DNA of 64,000 nucleotides from an uncultured Bacilli bacterium (GTDB lineage: Bacteria; Bacillota_I; Bacilli_A; RF39; UBA660). Below the pieces are notes generated by a model. The model saw only the letters and a program-made list of their open reading frames with translations, was not told where the DNA came from and made no database searches. Position numbers and translations under genes: made by a program. Below are positions 36,184-45,499 of this stretch, piece by piece (the first letter of the stretch is position 1; the number at the start of each line of letters is the position of its first letter). The stretch covers positions 2,871-66,870 of the forward strand of contig CANQQX010000002.1 in the NCBI GenBank assembly GCA_947626115.1, given 5' to 3'.

Positions 36184-37107
36184 TTATTCATCTAATCTTT
36201 TTACATTACTGAAATTCATTTTCGCAATAGTTGTTAATTTTTCGATACCATATTTTTCTTTAATTTCTTTAGCAACTTCATCAACACTTGCCCCAGCTCC
36301 TTTTGGAAGGGGAATATGTACACTATCAGATAGTTCATCCATTTTTTGTAAGAAAATATATCTGCTTATAATTGAGGCACAACCAACACTTAATACTTTA
36401 TCTTCAGCTTTAGTCATAAAAGTTATATGCATAACTTTATCGGGAACATCTTCAATATATTTATAAAAAATATCTTTGCTACAAAATTCATCAATAACAA
36501 TTTTCGCATAATTGAATTTATTTTTATTTTTAAGCTCATATAAGGCTTTATTATGTAAAATGGCTTTTAATTTATTCATATTATTATTTTTACTATAATG
36601 TTTATTATAAGTAGGATTGTCTAAAATAGTAGTAACATATGGTATTTTTTGCATTATTTTTGGTGCAATTTCTTTTATTTTTTGATCAGTTAGTTTTTTA
36701 GAATCTTTTACACCAAGTTCTTTTAAATAATCAAAATTATCTAAAGAAACAAAAGTAGCAGTTACAACAATGGGTCCAAAGAAATCTCCTGTACCAACCT
36801 CATCAGAACCAATAGTAGAAAGTTCCATAATACCATCATTATTTTTATCTTTAACTTTTGTTTCGGTTCCATCAATATTAATAACTCTTTTATTAATTTT
36901 CTTTTCTAAATCAATCCAAAGATTAGCATCAATATCAGCTGAAGTTCCTTGAAACATTATTTTTCCACTTTCATATAAAGTAATAATAGTATCTTCTTCT
37001 TCGGCTTGAAATATAGCATAAGGTGGAGTTTTAGGTCTAACTTTATCTTTATAATAATCAATTATCTTATTTTTTAAATTATCTGATACTTTAAATACAA
37101 TAGTCAT
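36184..37107 (-). CDS. rnhC: Ribonuclease HIII
   Basis: N-terminal DUF3378-like region (YAIFQAEEEDTIITLYESGKIMFQG) and catalytic GSDEVGTGDFFGP. SD GAGGTG upstream of the Met at 37107. Confidence 0.85.
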   Translation of the reverse strand: MTIVFKVSDNLKNKIIDYYKDKVRPKTPPYAIFQAEEEDTIITLYESGKIMFQGTSADIDANLWIDLEKKINKRVINIDGTETKVKDKNNDGIMELSTIGSDEVGTGDFFGPIVVTATFVSLDNFDYLKELGVKDSKKLTDQKIKEIAPKIMQKIPYVTTILDNPTYNKHYSKNNNMNKLKAILHNKALYELKNKNKFNYAKIVIDEFCSKDIFYKYIEDVPDKVMHITFMTKAEDKVLSVGCASIISRYIFLQKMDELSDSVHIPLPKGAGASVDEVAKEIKEKYGIEKLTTIAKMNFSNVKRLDE

Positions 37108-37191
37108 TTTACACCTCAAGACAATTTTAACATAATTTACTTTATTTTTCATTACAAATATAATATAATTTAAAATAGGAGATGATTAAGT

Positions 37192-37920
37192 GTGAAAACA
37201 GTTGTAGATATTCTTATTATAGTTTTTCTTTTATTAGGTACATATGCTGGATGGCGGAAAGGATTAATAAAGTCATTAGTTAATTTTGTAGGCTTAATTG
37301 CTGTAGTAATCTTAAGTTTTTATTTAAAAACTTTTATTGCTAATTTTTTAATAGACAAAATGCCATTTTTTAATTTTGCTGGTTTAAATGGACTTAGTGC
37401 AATTAATATTTTAATTTACAATGTAATTTCTTTTGTCTTTGTTTTTGTTATTTTATATTGTTTATTAAATATTATTATTTCAATAACAGGATTTATTGAT
37501 ACTCTTTTAAAATTTACAGTAATTTGGATTATTCCATCTAAGATTTTAGGGGCTGTAGTTGGTTTATTAGAATCATGGTTATATGTATTTTTATTATTAT
37601 TTGTCTTAAGTGCCTTTAATGTTACATCAAGTTTTATTTTAGATAGTAAAGTAGCAACATTTATGTTAGATAATACACCAGTAGTTAAAAATGTGTTTGG
37701 GGGAGCATATAGAACAATAAAAAATGTCTATAATAATGTCGAAGAGTTTGAAAAAGATAAAAATAAAACAACAGAAGAATTAAATTTAAGAATATTACAA
37801 ATAGAAATAACAAATGGTTTAGTTACCAAAGATAAAGCTCAAGAATTAGTCGATAATGGTAAAATCGATTTAGGTGATGTAATTTTTGGTAAAGGGGAAA
37901 ATTTATGGTTAAACATTTAG
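37192..37920 (+). CDS. cvpA: CvpA family membrane protein
   Basis: VDILIIVFLLLGTYAGWRKGLIKSLVNFVGLIAVVILSFYL is the typical CvpA N-terminus. GTG start. Confidence 0.75.
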   Translation: MKTVVDILIIVFLLLGTYAGWRKGLIKSLVNFVGLIAVVILSFYLKTFIANFLIDKMPFFNFAGLNGLSAINILIYNVISFVFVFVILYCLLNIIISITGFIDTLLKFTVIWIIPSKILGAVVGLLESWLYVFLLLFVLSAFNVTSSFILDSKVATFMLDNTPVVKNVFGGAYRTIKNVYNNVEEFEKDKNKTTEELNLRILQIEITNGLVTKDKAQELVDNGKIDLGDVIFGKGENLWLNI

Positions 37921-38210
37921 AAAATAGTGATGATTTTAAGAAAGAAATAGCAAGCGGTTTCGTTTTAGTTGACTTTTATACTGAATGGTGTGGCCCTTGT
38001 AAAATGCTTGCTCCTATTCTAGAAGAAATTGACTATATGAATGTTTTAAAAATAGATGCTGATAAATTTATGGATTTAGCTCAACAATTTGGCATTATGA
38101 GTGTCCCAACATTATGTTTTTTTCAAGATGGTGAATTAAAAGAAAGAGTAATTGGTTACCGAAATGCCGAAGAAATAAAAGAAATATATCAAAAAATAAG
38201 TGGAAATTAA
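37905..38210 (+). CDS. trxA: Thioredoxin
   Basis: WCGPCK active site; 101 aa. Confidence 0.9.
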   Translation: MVKHLENSDDFKKEIASGFVLVDFYTEWCGPCKMLAPILEEIDYMNVLKIDADKFMDLAQQFGIMSVPTLCFFQDGELKERVIGYRNAEEIKEIYQKISGN

Positions 38211-38563
38211 TCCACTTTTTTAATTACTTCTTTGGCACTATTTAAATAAGTTCTAGTAAGTAGTCCAGATCCCAGAAGAGTACCACCAAAGTATCTTACC
38301 ACTAAAATTAAAACATTATTTAAATTATTTTGGATAATGATATTGTATATTGGGGTACCTGCTGTATTACCTGGTTCTTTATCATCACTTTTTTTAACTA
38401 AATTATCAATTTTATATGCATAAGGAATATGTTTCGCTTTTTTATGTTCTAATTTTATAGTTTTTAAAATATTATCTACTTCTTCTTTTGTTTTTACTTC
38501 ATAATAATACGCTATAAATTTCGATTTTTTTACTTCTAATATACAAGTGTTAATTAATTTCAT
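38207..38563 (-). CDS. YigZ/IMPACT (UPF0029) family protein, N-terminal domain only
   Basis: KSKFIAYYY...AKHIPYAYKI...DDKEPGNTAGTPI...VVRYFGGTLLGSGLL. Confidence 0.75.
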   Translation of the reverse strand: MKLINTCILEVKKSKFIAYYYEVKTKEEVDNILKTIKLEHKKAKHIPYAYKIDNLVKKSDDKEPGNTAGTPIYNIIIQNNLNNVLILVVRYFGGTLLGSGLLTRTYLNSAKEVIKKVD

Positions 38564-38633
38564 AATTTCACCTAAATATATTTTATCATAAAATTCATTT
38601 ATGGTATAATTTAAATATATAGGGTGTGATAAG

Positions 38634-39767
38634 ATGATTTATTTTGAAATACCTAATTTTATTATCAAGAGAATTTATATAGTTAAAGAAAATAATAAAT
38701 TAGTTTATAAAAAATTAGTTGATAATCAATATATTTCTTTAAATGAACAAGAAATAAAAGAGCTAGAGAAATATTTAAATAGAAATAATTCAAGTATATA
38801 TTATTCGGAAAGAAAAGATATGCCCGCTGAAAATAATGATATAGCTGCAAAAATGGACAATTATTTATATATCTTTTTTGAATATTTAGGTACAAAAGTT
38901 CCCAAAAATTGTCATAATAATTTTTATACTAATTTTCCAACTTTAAAAATTAATTTTAATTTACAAGTTTTAGATGAATCAATTACTACAGAAGAGAAAG
39001 ATGATTTTATGGCTGGTTATGATGTCGAACATAATGCCATATTTTCTGATCCTGATTCCATTAGACAATATCGATTAATGGCTCAAAGTATGCCTAATCC
39101 AGATGAGTTTTTATGGTCAAATATTAGTCATGATTTAATTCATGAATTATTTCATATGGCAAGTAGTAAATATTTTGGTGAAGGACAAGGTTTTGTTTGT
39201 GGGTTTGATAAATATCCCGCTAATAATTATGAAAGAAATCGTGGTTTAACGGAAGGATTTACCGAGTATTTAGCTAATGCTTGTGTACCTAATACTAAGG
39301 AAATTCCTTGTAATTATTTCGTTGAAGAAATGCTTGTCAATCAGCTTATTTTAATAGTGGGTAAAAATGTTATGATAGAGTCTTATTTTAATAATTTAGG
39401 TATTAAAGAGATTGCCAAAAAACTATGTGAATTTGCTCCAGATTTTGATGAAGCATTATTTTTGTTTGAATTAATAGAAATTAATTTTAATTTAGATAAG
39501 GATTCTCCACGTAATATTTTAGCAGGGATAGAAATGAGACTATTAAATTATTTTAAAATAAAGATTGAAAAAGATATTTTAAATAATGTTAGCAAAGAAG
39601 AAATTTTAAAATCTATTGAAGAATATAAAAGTTATTTAGTAACCAGAGAAATTTTAAATATTCATCAAGAAAATACCCCAAAATATAATGATATTGAAAT
39701 AGTAATTGATGATTTTAATCAATTTACCAAGAATATAATGGAAAAATTAGCAAGTAGAAATATTTAA
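38634..39767 (+). CDS. Hypothetical protein with HExxH zinc-metalloprotease motif
   Basis: HDLIHELFHMAS followed by GLTEGFTEY (a possible third ligand Glu). No other recognisable domain. Confidence 0.4.
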   Translation: MIYFEIPNFIIKRIYIVKENNKLVYKKLVDNQYISLNEQEIKELEKYLNRNNSSIYYSERKDMPAENNDIAAKMDNYLYIFFEYLGTKVPKNCHNNFYTNFPTLKINFNLQVLDESITTEEKDDFMAGYDVEHNAIFSDPDSIRQYRLMAQSMPNPDEFLWSNISHDLIHELFHMASSKYFGEGQGFVCGFDKYPANNYERNRGLTEGFTEYLANACVPNTKEIPCNYFVEEMLVNQLILIVGKNVMIESYFNNLGIKEIAKKLCEFAPDFDEALFLFELIEINFNLDKDSPRNILAGIEMRLLNYFKIKIEKDILNNVSKEEILKSIEEYKSYLVTREILNIHQENTPKYNDIEIVIDDFNQFTKNIMEKLASRNI

Positions 39768-39834
39768 AATACATGGTATAATTTAGTTGAAAAGGGAAAG
39801 ATATTAATAGATTTACATAAAAGTGGTGAAGCAT

Positions 39835-41625
39835 ATGTTAGAAGAAAAATTAAAATTAGTACCACATCTACCTGGGAGTTATCAAATGCGTGATAAAAAT
39901 GGGATAGTTATTTATGTGGGAAAAGCTAAAGATTTATATAAAAGAGTAAATAGTTATTTTAAAGGAACTGTTACGGGTAAAACTAGAAAGATGGTATCAG
40001 AAGTAGTAGATTTTACTTATATTGTAACAGGATCCGAAACTGAAGCTTTTATTACCGAAATAAATTTAATTAAAGAGTATAATCCTAAATATAATATATT
40101 GCTTAAAGATGATAAAAGTTATCCTTATATTGAATATATATCTAAACCTTACCCTAAAGTAAAAGTAGCAAGATACCTAAATATTAAAAGAAGAGATAAG
40201 AAATTAATATTTGGACCATATCCTAATGCCTATGCCGCAAGAAGAATAGTTAAATTAATTAATCGTTTATACCCTTTAAAAAAATGTGAAGGAATGCTGA
40301 AACAAGTATGTTTATATTATCATATTGGGGAATGTCTTGGTTATTGCACGAAAAATGTTGATCCTGATAAATTAAAAGCCATGGAAGATGAAATATTAGG
40401 TTTCTTACGAGGTAATGATAAAATTTTAAAAAATAAAATAATGGAAAAAATTAAAATTTATTCTGATACGCTTAATTATGAAATGGCGAAGGAACTTACC
40501 GAAGAACTTCATTATATCAATGTTGTATTAGATAAACAAAAAGTAGAATTACACGACTTTGTTAATCGTGATATTATTGGTACATATTTAGATAAAGGTC
40601 ATATTGGTATAAATATTTTATTTATCAGAAATAATAAATTAATTGGTAGTCATAATGAAATACTTACAATAAAAATAGATCCCGAAGAAGAATTAAATTA
40701 TTATATAATGAATTTTTATACTAAACACGAAATACCTAAAGAAATAATAGTAAGTAATGATATATTTAGTGATATCTTAAGTGATTTAATTAATACTTCT
40801 TTTGTAATACCAGAAAAAGGTATAAAGAAGAAATTATTAGGTATGGCCGAGACTAATGCGAAGATTTATTTAGAAAATGAAATTACAAGAGTAGAAAGAG
40901 AAGAGTTAAGAACAGTTGATGCTAATGAAAATTTAAGAGAACTACTTAATCTAGATAATTTGAGAAGAATTGATGCTTTCGATAACTCCAATCTTTTTGG
41001 TTCATATTCGGTAAGTGGCATGGTTGTCTTTAAAGAAGGATTACCTTATAAAAAAGATTATCGTAAATATAAGGTAAGTGTTGATAAAAATGATGATTAT
41101 AATACAATGAAGGAAGTTATTTATAGAAGGTACTACAGGGCTCTTTTAGAAAAAACCGAAATGCCTGATTTAATTATAGTAGATGGTGGTATCAATCAAA
41201 TTAATGCTTGTTTAGATACTTTAAATAGCTTAAATTTACATATTAAAGTAGTGGGTTTAAAGAAAAATGATAAGCATAGAACGAATGAACTAATTGATGG
41301 TGATACTTATCAAATTATTGAACTTGATAAAGATAGTAATATCTTCCATTATTTAACGCGTATTCAAGATGAAGTACATAGATTTACGATTACTTATCAT
41401 AAAACTTTAAGAAGTAAGGGAAGTATTAGTAGTATCTTAGATAATATTGAAGGAATAGGTAATGTCAGAAAAAAAGAATTAATTAAAAAGTATGGTAATA
41501 TAAATAATATTAAGAATGCTAGTATTGAAGAGCTTTCCCAAATTATACCAGAAGGGGTTGCTATGGAACTAAAAAAATATTTAGAAGCTAAAGATAAGGC
41601 CAAAAAGGAGAATGCTAATGAATAA
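39835..41625 (+). CDS. uvrC: Excinuclease ABC subunit C
   Basis: GIY-YIG N-terminus (GSYQMRDKNGIVIYVGKAKDLYKRVNSYF), UvrBC domain, RNase H-like endonuclease and C-terminal HhH. Confidence 0.95.
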   Translation: MLEEKLKLVPHLPGSYQMRDKNGIVIYVGKAKDLYKRVNSYFKGTVTGKTRKMVSEVVDFTYIVTGSETEAFITEINLIKEYNPKYNILLKDDKSYPYIEYISKPYPKVKVARYLNIKRRDKKLIFGPYPNAYAARRIVKLINRLYPLKKCEGMLKQVCLYYHIGECLGYCTKNVDPDKLKAMEDEILGFLRGNDKILKNKIMEKIKIYSDTLNYEMAKELTEELHYINVVLDKQKVELHDFVNRDIIGTYLDKGHIGINILFIRNNKLIGSHNEILTIKIDPEEELNYYIMNFYTKHEIPKEIIVSNDIFSDILSDLINTSFVIPEKGIKKKLLGMAETNAKIYLENEITRVEREELRTVDANENLRELLNLDNLRRIDAFDNSNLFGSYSVSGMVVFKEGLPYKKDYRKYKVSVDKNDDYNTMKEVIYRRYYRALLEKTEMPDLIIVDGGINQINACLDTLNSLNLHIKVVGLKKNDKHRTNELIDGDTYQIIELDKDSNIFHYLTRIQDEVHRFTITYHKTLRSKGSISSILDNIEGIGNVRKKELIKKYGNINNIKNASIEELSQIIPEGVAMELKKYLEAKDKAKKENANE

Positions 41626-42775
41626 AGAAATAGCAGCAAAAATAAATAATATATTAAAAAATTATAACATTAAAGGTAAATGTATTAAAATAGAAGAAAA
41701 TCATACTGGTAATATTAATAGTACTTATGTCGTAACAATATTAGAAGATAGTGGTATATTAAGAAGATATATTATTCAAAAAATAAATACAACTGTATTT
41801 AAAGATCCTAATATTTTAATGCATAATATTGAAAATGTTACTTTACATTTAGAAAAAGAACTTAAATCTTTAAATGATACAACGCATAAATCACTACATT
41901 TAATAAGAACTAAAGATGATGATATCTATTGTCATGTAACGGAAACTGATGATAGAGATTATTACCGAGTTTATGATTATATTGAAAATGCTATATCTTA
42001 TGATATGGTAAAAAGTCCTGATATTGCTTATAAAGTAGGGCAAGCTTTTGGTAATTTTCAAATGTTACTTAGAGATTTTCCAATTTTCTCTTTAGAAGAA
42101 ACTATTCCTGGTTTTCATGATACCCCAGCTAGATATGCTAAATTAGAAAATGATATCTTTAAAGATTTTAAAAAAAGAGCTGATGATATAGGACAAGAAT
42201 TTTATACAATTTATCGTAATAAAAATAGATATCCAAAAATTATTAATGCCCTAAGGTCTAATCGCATTCCTTGGCGCGTAACTCATAATGATACGAAAGT
42301 TAATAATGTCATGATGGATAAGGATACTAATGAATTTTTAGCCGTTATTGATTTAGATACCGTTATGCCCGGTAGTATGCTTTTTGATTATGGTGATGGG
42401 ATAAGATCAACGGCTGCAACTGCTTTTGAAAATGAAACAGATTTAAGTAAAGTGCATTTAGATCTAGAATTATTTGAAGCTTATACTGATGGCTTTTTAA
42501 GTGAAATGGCTCCTTGTATTACCGAAAGTGAAGTATCCTTAATGGGTGAATCAATTAGAATTATCACTTTAGAACTTGCTATAAGATTTTTAGATGATTA
42601 TATTTGTGGTGATATCTATTTTAAAGTAGATCCTAAAAGAACTCGCCATAATTTAGAAAGAGCCCAAAATCAATTAGCACTTGCTAAAGATATTGAAAAA
42701 AACATGCCAACTATTGAAAATTTTATCAAAGAGTGCTATAAAAAACATAAGGGGAAAAGTAGAAAAATTATTTAA
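41612..42775 (+). CDS. Aminoglycoside-phosphotransferase-fold kinase, resembling the N-acetylhexosamine 1-kinase family
   Basis: VTHNDTKVNNVMMD and AVIDLDTVMPG (catalytic and Mg loops of the APH/ChoK fold). Confidence 0.5.
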   Translation: MLMNKEIAAKINNILKNYNIKGKCIKIEENHTGNINSTYVVTILEDSGILRRYIIQKINTTVFKDPNILMHNIENVTLHLEKELKSLNDTTHKSLHLIRTKDDDIYCHVTETDDRDYYRVYDYIENAISYDMVKSPDIAYKVGQAFGNFQMLLRDFPIFSLEETIPGFHDTPARYAKLENDIFKDFKKRADDIGQEFYTIYRNKNRYPKIINALRSNRIPWRVTHNDTKVNNVMMDKDTNEFLAVIDLDTVMPGSMLFDYGDGIRSTAATAFENETDLSKVHLDLELFEAYTDGFLSEMAPCITESEVSLMGESIRIITLELAIRFLDDYICGDIYFKVDPKRTRHNLERAQNQLALAKDIEKNMPTIENFIKECYKKHKGKSRKII

Positions 42776-42796
42776 ACTTACCATTGTAAGTTTAAT

Positions 42797-42870
42797 GCCC
42801 AATTAGTTTAATGGTAAAACAAGGCACTCGTAATGCTTAGCTGTGAGTTCGATTCTCGCATTGGGCACCA
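42797..42870 (+). tRNA. tRNA-Thr (anticodon CGU), CCA encoded
   Basis: Acceptor stem GCCCAAT/ATTGGGC, anticodon stem AGGCA/TGCTT, loop CTCGTAA (anticodon CGT), T-arm GTGAG-TTCGATT-CTCGC, discriminator A and CCA. Confidence 0.85.
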
Positions 42871-42898
42871 TTGACGTTTCTATTCGAACTTTTTCGAA
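42865..42898. repeat. Left flanking direct repeat (attL candidate)
   Basis: GCACCATTGACGTTTCTATTCGAACTTTTTCGAA, compared with GCACCATTGACGAATCTGTTCGAACTTTTTTCGGA at 48248. The first 12 nt are identical and about 30 of 35 match overall. Contains the hairpin TATTCGAA-CTTT-TTCGAATA. Confidence 0.7.
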
Positions 42899-42911
42899 TA
42901 TTGATATATAG

Positions 42912-42937
42912 AAATCAATCGTAAGATTGGTTTTTTT
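42912..42937 (+). terminator. Intrinsic terminator downstream of the tRNA
   Basis: AAATCAATC (42912-42920), loop GTAA, GATTGGTTT, within a T7 run. Confidence 0.6.
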
Positions 42938-42968
42938 CGTATTTAGAAAAAAACTTTAGTCAGAAAGG

Positions 42969-43253
42969 TTGGTGTCTATGGTTAATGTAATCAAGCAAGA
43001 AATTGATATGGAAGAATCTTTAAAAAGAAGACTAGATATTATTTGCGATTTTTGTAATACTGCTCCTAAAATTATTAACGGAAGTATTAGAAAAATAGAT
43101 AAAACAAATTTATCTTATATTGAACCACATAGGATTATCATTAAAAACATAACATTTCTTGCATTTAATTATTCTACTGATATTTATATTAAAAATTTGA
43201 AAAATAAAATACAATTATCAGAATTACAAGATTTTATCAGTAAAATCAAGTAA
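42969..43253 (+). CDS. Hypothetical protein (94 aa)
   Basis: ORF with SD AGAAAGG and a TTG/GTG start region. No motif. Confidence 0.35.
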   Translation: MVSMVNVIKQEIDMEESLKRRLDIICDFCNTAPKIINGSIRKIDKTNLSYIEPHRIIIKNITFLAFNYSTDIYIKNLKNKIQLSELQDFISKIK

Positions 43254-43418
43254 TACATCGCTTCTCAAGTAATGGACTTTTTACGACAATTGTTGTATAA
43301 TTAATATAGATGGTAACCTAGTTACCAAGAGTCTTACAAAGTTATTTAGAGAAGTGAAAGTATTATTTTATAGTAGTACCTTTATTTCTCTTTTTTAAAT
43401 TTAAAATAAGAAAAGGAG

Positions 43419-45350
43419 ATGGTTGTTTTGGAAGATGTAAAAATGATTGCAGGTATTTATATTAGAGTTAGTACAGAAGATCAAGCACGAGAAGGTTTTA
43501 GTTTGCCAGAACAAGAAAAAAGATTAAGAGCAATGTGTGAGTACAAAGGTTATAAAATTTATAAAGTATATAAGGATGCAGGTATAAGTGCTAAAACTGG
43601 TAATCATAGACCTGCTTTCGAGGAATTATTACAAGATATTAAAGATAAGAAATGTAATATAATTGTTGTTTTAAAGTTAGATAGGCTATCAAGAAGTGTA
43701 TATGATATGGAACACATAATGAAATTTTTAGAAGAAAACGAAGCATATCTTGATTGTGCAAATGATGATATAAACACCACAACTGCTAATGGTAAATTAG
43801 TTACTAGGCTACTAACATCAGTTAGTCAAAACGAAATAGAAAGAACAAGTGAAAGAACTAAAATTGGTCTTGCTGGTGCAATACAAGCAGGTCATATCCC
43901 TCATAAATGTCCCTTAGGATATAAAAGAGTTGATAAAATTTTAGTGCCTAATATTGCTACTAAAGATGTAGTTATAAGAATTTTTAATATGTATCATAGT
44001 GGTTTATCTTATAAAAAGATTAGTAATATTTTAAATGAAGAAAAAGTTTTAAATAAAACAAATTGGCGAGATTCGACTATTACTGCTATACTTCAAAATG
44101 AGGTCTATAAAGGAGACTTTGTGCATGGTAAAAGAACTAAAAAGCCGACATATTATAGTAATGTTGTCGAACCTATAATATCAAAAGAACTATGGGAAGA
44201 ATGTCAGGTGCAAAAGAAAAAGAATTCGCGTAGTTATAAAAGAACATTAACGTATTTATTTTTACAAAAATTAAGATGTCCAAGATGTGGAAGAATTTTA
44301 GGTGGTAAAGCAACAACTAAGAAAAATGGAACATCATATTATTACTATTATTGTAATGATTGTGAACTAACAATTAAAGAAAAAACAATTGAAGATGTAG
44401 TCGATACTCTTATGGATGAAATCGTTGAATATGATTCAGTTGTGAATCAATTCTTTTTACCTATGATTAAACAAAAGATAGAAAATCCAAAAGAAGAAAT
44501 AGAAAAAGAAATTAAAAAACAAAATGACAAATTTAAACGTATAAAGGATGCCTATATCAATAATGTATTTACTTTAGAAGAATATGACTTAGAACGAAAG
44601 AATGTAGAAAATACCATTGAAGAATTAAAATTTAAACTTAATGAAACTGAAATATGTGATGAATTAAGATTTACTCCAGAAGATATTTTAATTAAACGAG
44701 ATATAGATTTTATCAATAGTATAAAATTTCCTGATCAATATAAAGAATTTAATAAGTCTTGGAAAGATTATACTAGAGAAGATAAAGCTAAGCTTATTAT
44801 GGATTACGTAGAAGATATAACACTTTTAGAATTAAAAAGTGGATGTATTGTAGAACAAATTAATTTTAGAGAATCAATTGCTAAGACACGTAGTGAATTA
44901 TATGAACAAGGTTATTTAGATAGAAAAGATACTATACTATTTGATAATACACCTGGAATAATACGATTTAGTGAATATCTACCAAAAGAAAAAGTGTCAG
45001 AGCATATTTTAAGATTAAGAAATTTTTATGAAGTTGGTTTTTATGAAGCAACTTACAATGTGGAAAACCAAGTGTTCTATTTTAATTTTGAAGATAACAA
45101 AACAATAATAAGAGTATTCCCTTTAGAAGATTATAAAAAGATAGATTCTAAATCAACAATGAAAGAATATAGTTTAGGAGTCATTTATACTTATAAAGAT
45201 AGTGAAACATTATTAGAAGATCAAGAAGACGTATTTAAAAATATACCTAGTGAATGTGATGGAATAATTCATTATGGCGAAGCACCTACTTATGTAGATG
45301 TTAAACCAATTACTAAAGAAGAAGTAATGGAAGAAATTAACTATGCTTAA
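43419..45350 (+). CDS. Large serine recombinase (IME integrase)
   Basis: IAGIYIRVSTEDQAREGFSLPEQ, recombinase domain, zinc ribbon (LRCPRCGRIL...YYYCNDCE) and a coiled coil. The SD GGAG directly abuts ATG 43419, so TTG 43428 or ATG 43443 may be the real start. Confidence 0.9.
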   Translation: MVVLEDVKMIAGIYIRVSTEDQAREGFSLPEQEKRLRAMCEYKGYKIYKVYKDAGISAKTGNHRPAFEELLQDIKDKKCNIIVVLKLDRLSRSVYDMEHIMKFLEENEAYLDCANDDINTTTANGKLVTRLLTSVSQNEIERTSERTKIGLAGAIQAGHIPHKCPLGYKRVDKILVPNIATKDVVIRIFNMYHSGLSYKKISNILNEEKVLNKTNWRDSTITAILQNEVYKGDFVHGKRTKKPTYYSNVVEPIISKELWEECQVQKKKNSRSYKRTLTYLFLQKLRCPRCGRILGGKATTKKNGTSYYYYYCNDCELTIKEKTIEDVVDTLMDEIVEYDSVVNQFFLPMIKQKIENPKEEIEKEIKKQNDKFKRIKDAYINNVFTLEEYDLERKNVENTIEELKFKLNETEICDELRFTPEDILIKRDIDFINSIKFPDQYKEFNKSWKDYTREDKAKLIMDYVEDITLLELKSGCIVEQINFRESIAKTRSELYEQGYLDRKDTILFDNTPGIIRFSEYLPKEKVSEHILRLRNFYEVGFYEATYNVENQVFYFNFEDNKTIIRVFPLEDYKKIDSKSTMKEYSLGVIYTYKDSETLLEDQEDVFKNIPSECDGIIHYGEAPTYVDVKPITKEEVMEEINYA

Positions 45351-45392
45351 TTTCTTCTACTTATAAAATTAACGAGAGTTAATTTTCGGATT

Positions 45393-45468
45393 CTAAGGCG
45401 AGCCTTAGCCCCCCGTATTTTGTTATGACAAAATACCTAGGGGGTTAATAATTTTGTCATAACAAAAT
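45393..45468. promoter_or_regulatory. oriT-like cluster of overlapping inverted repeats upstream of the MobV gene
   Basis: CTAAGG/CCTTAG (45393-45408). C6...G5 arms (45409-45444). A perfect 18-bp inverted repeat ATTTTGTTATGACAAAAT (45417-45434) / ATTTTGTCATAACAAAAT (45451-45468). Confidence 0.6.
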
Positions 45469-45499
45469 TACCATAAAAAACTTAAAGAAAGGAGATGTA

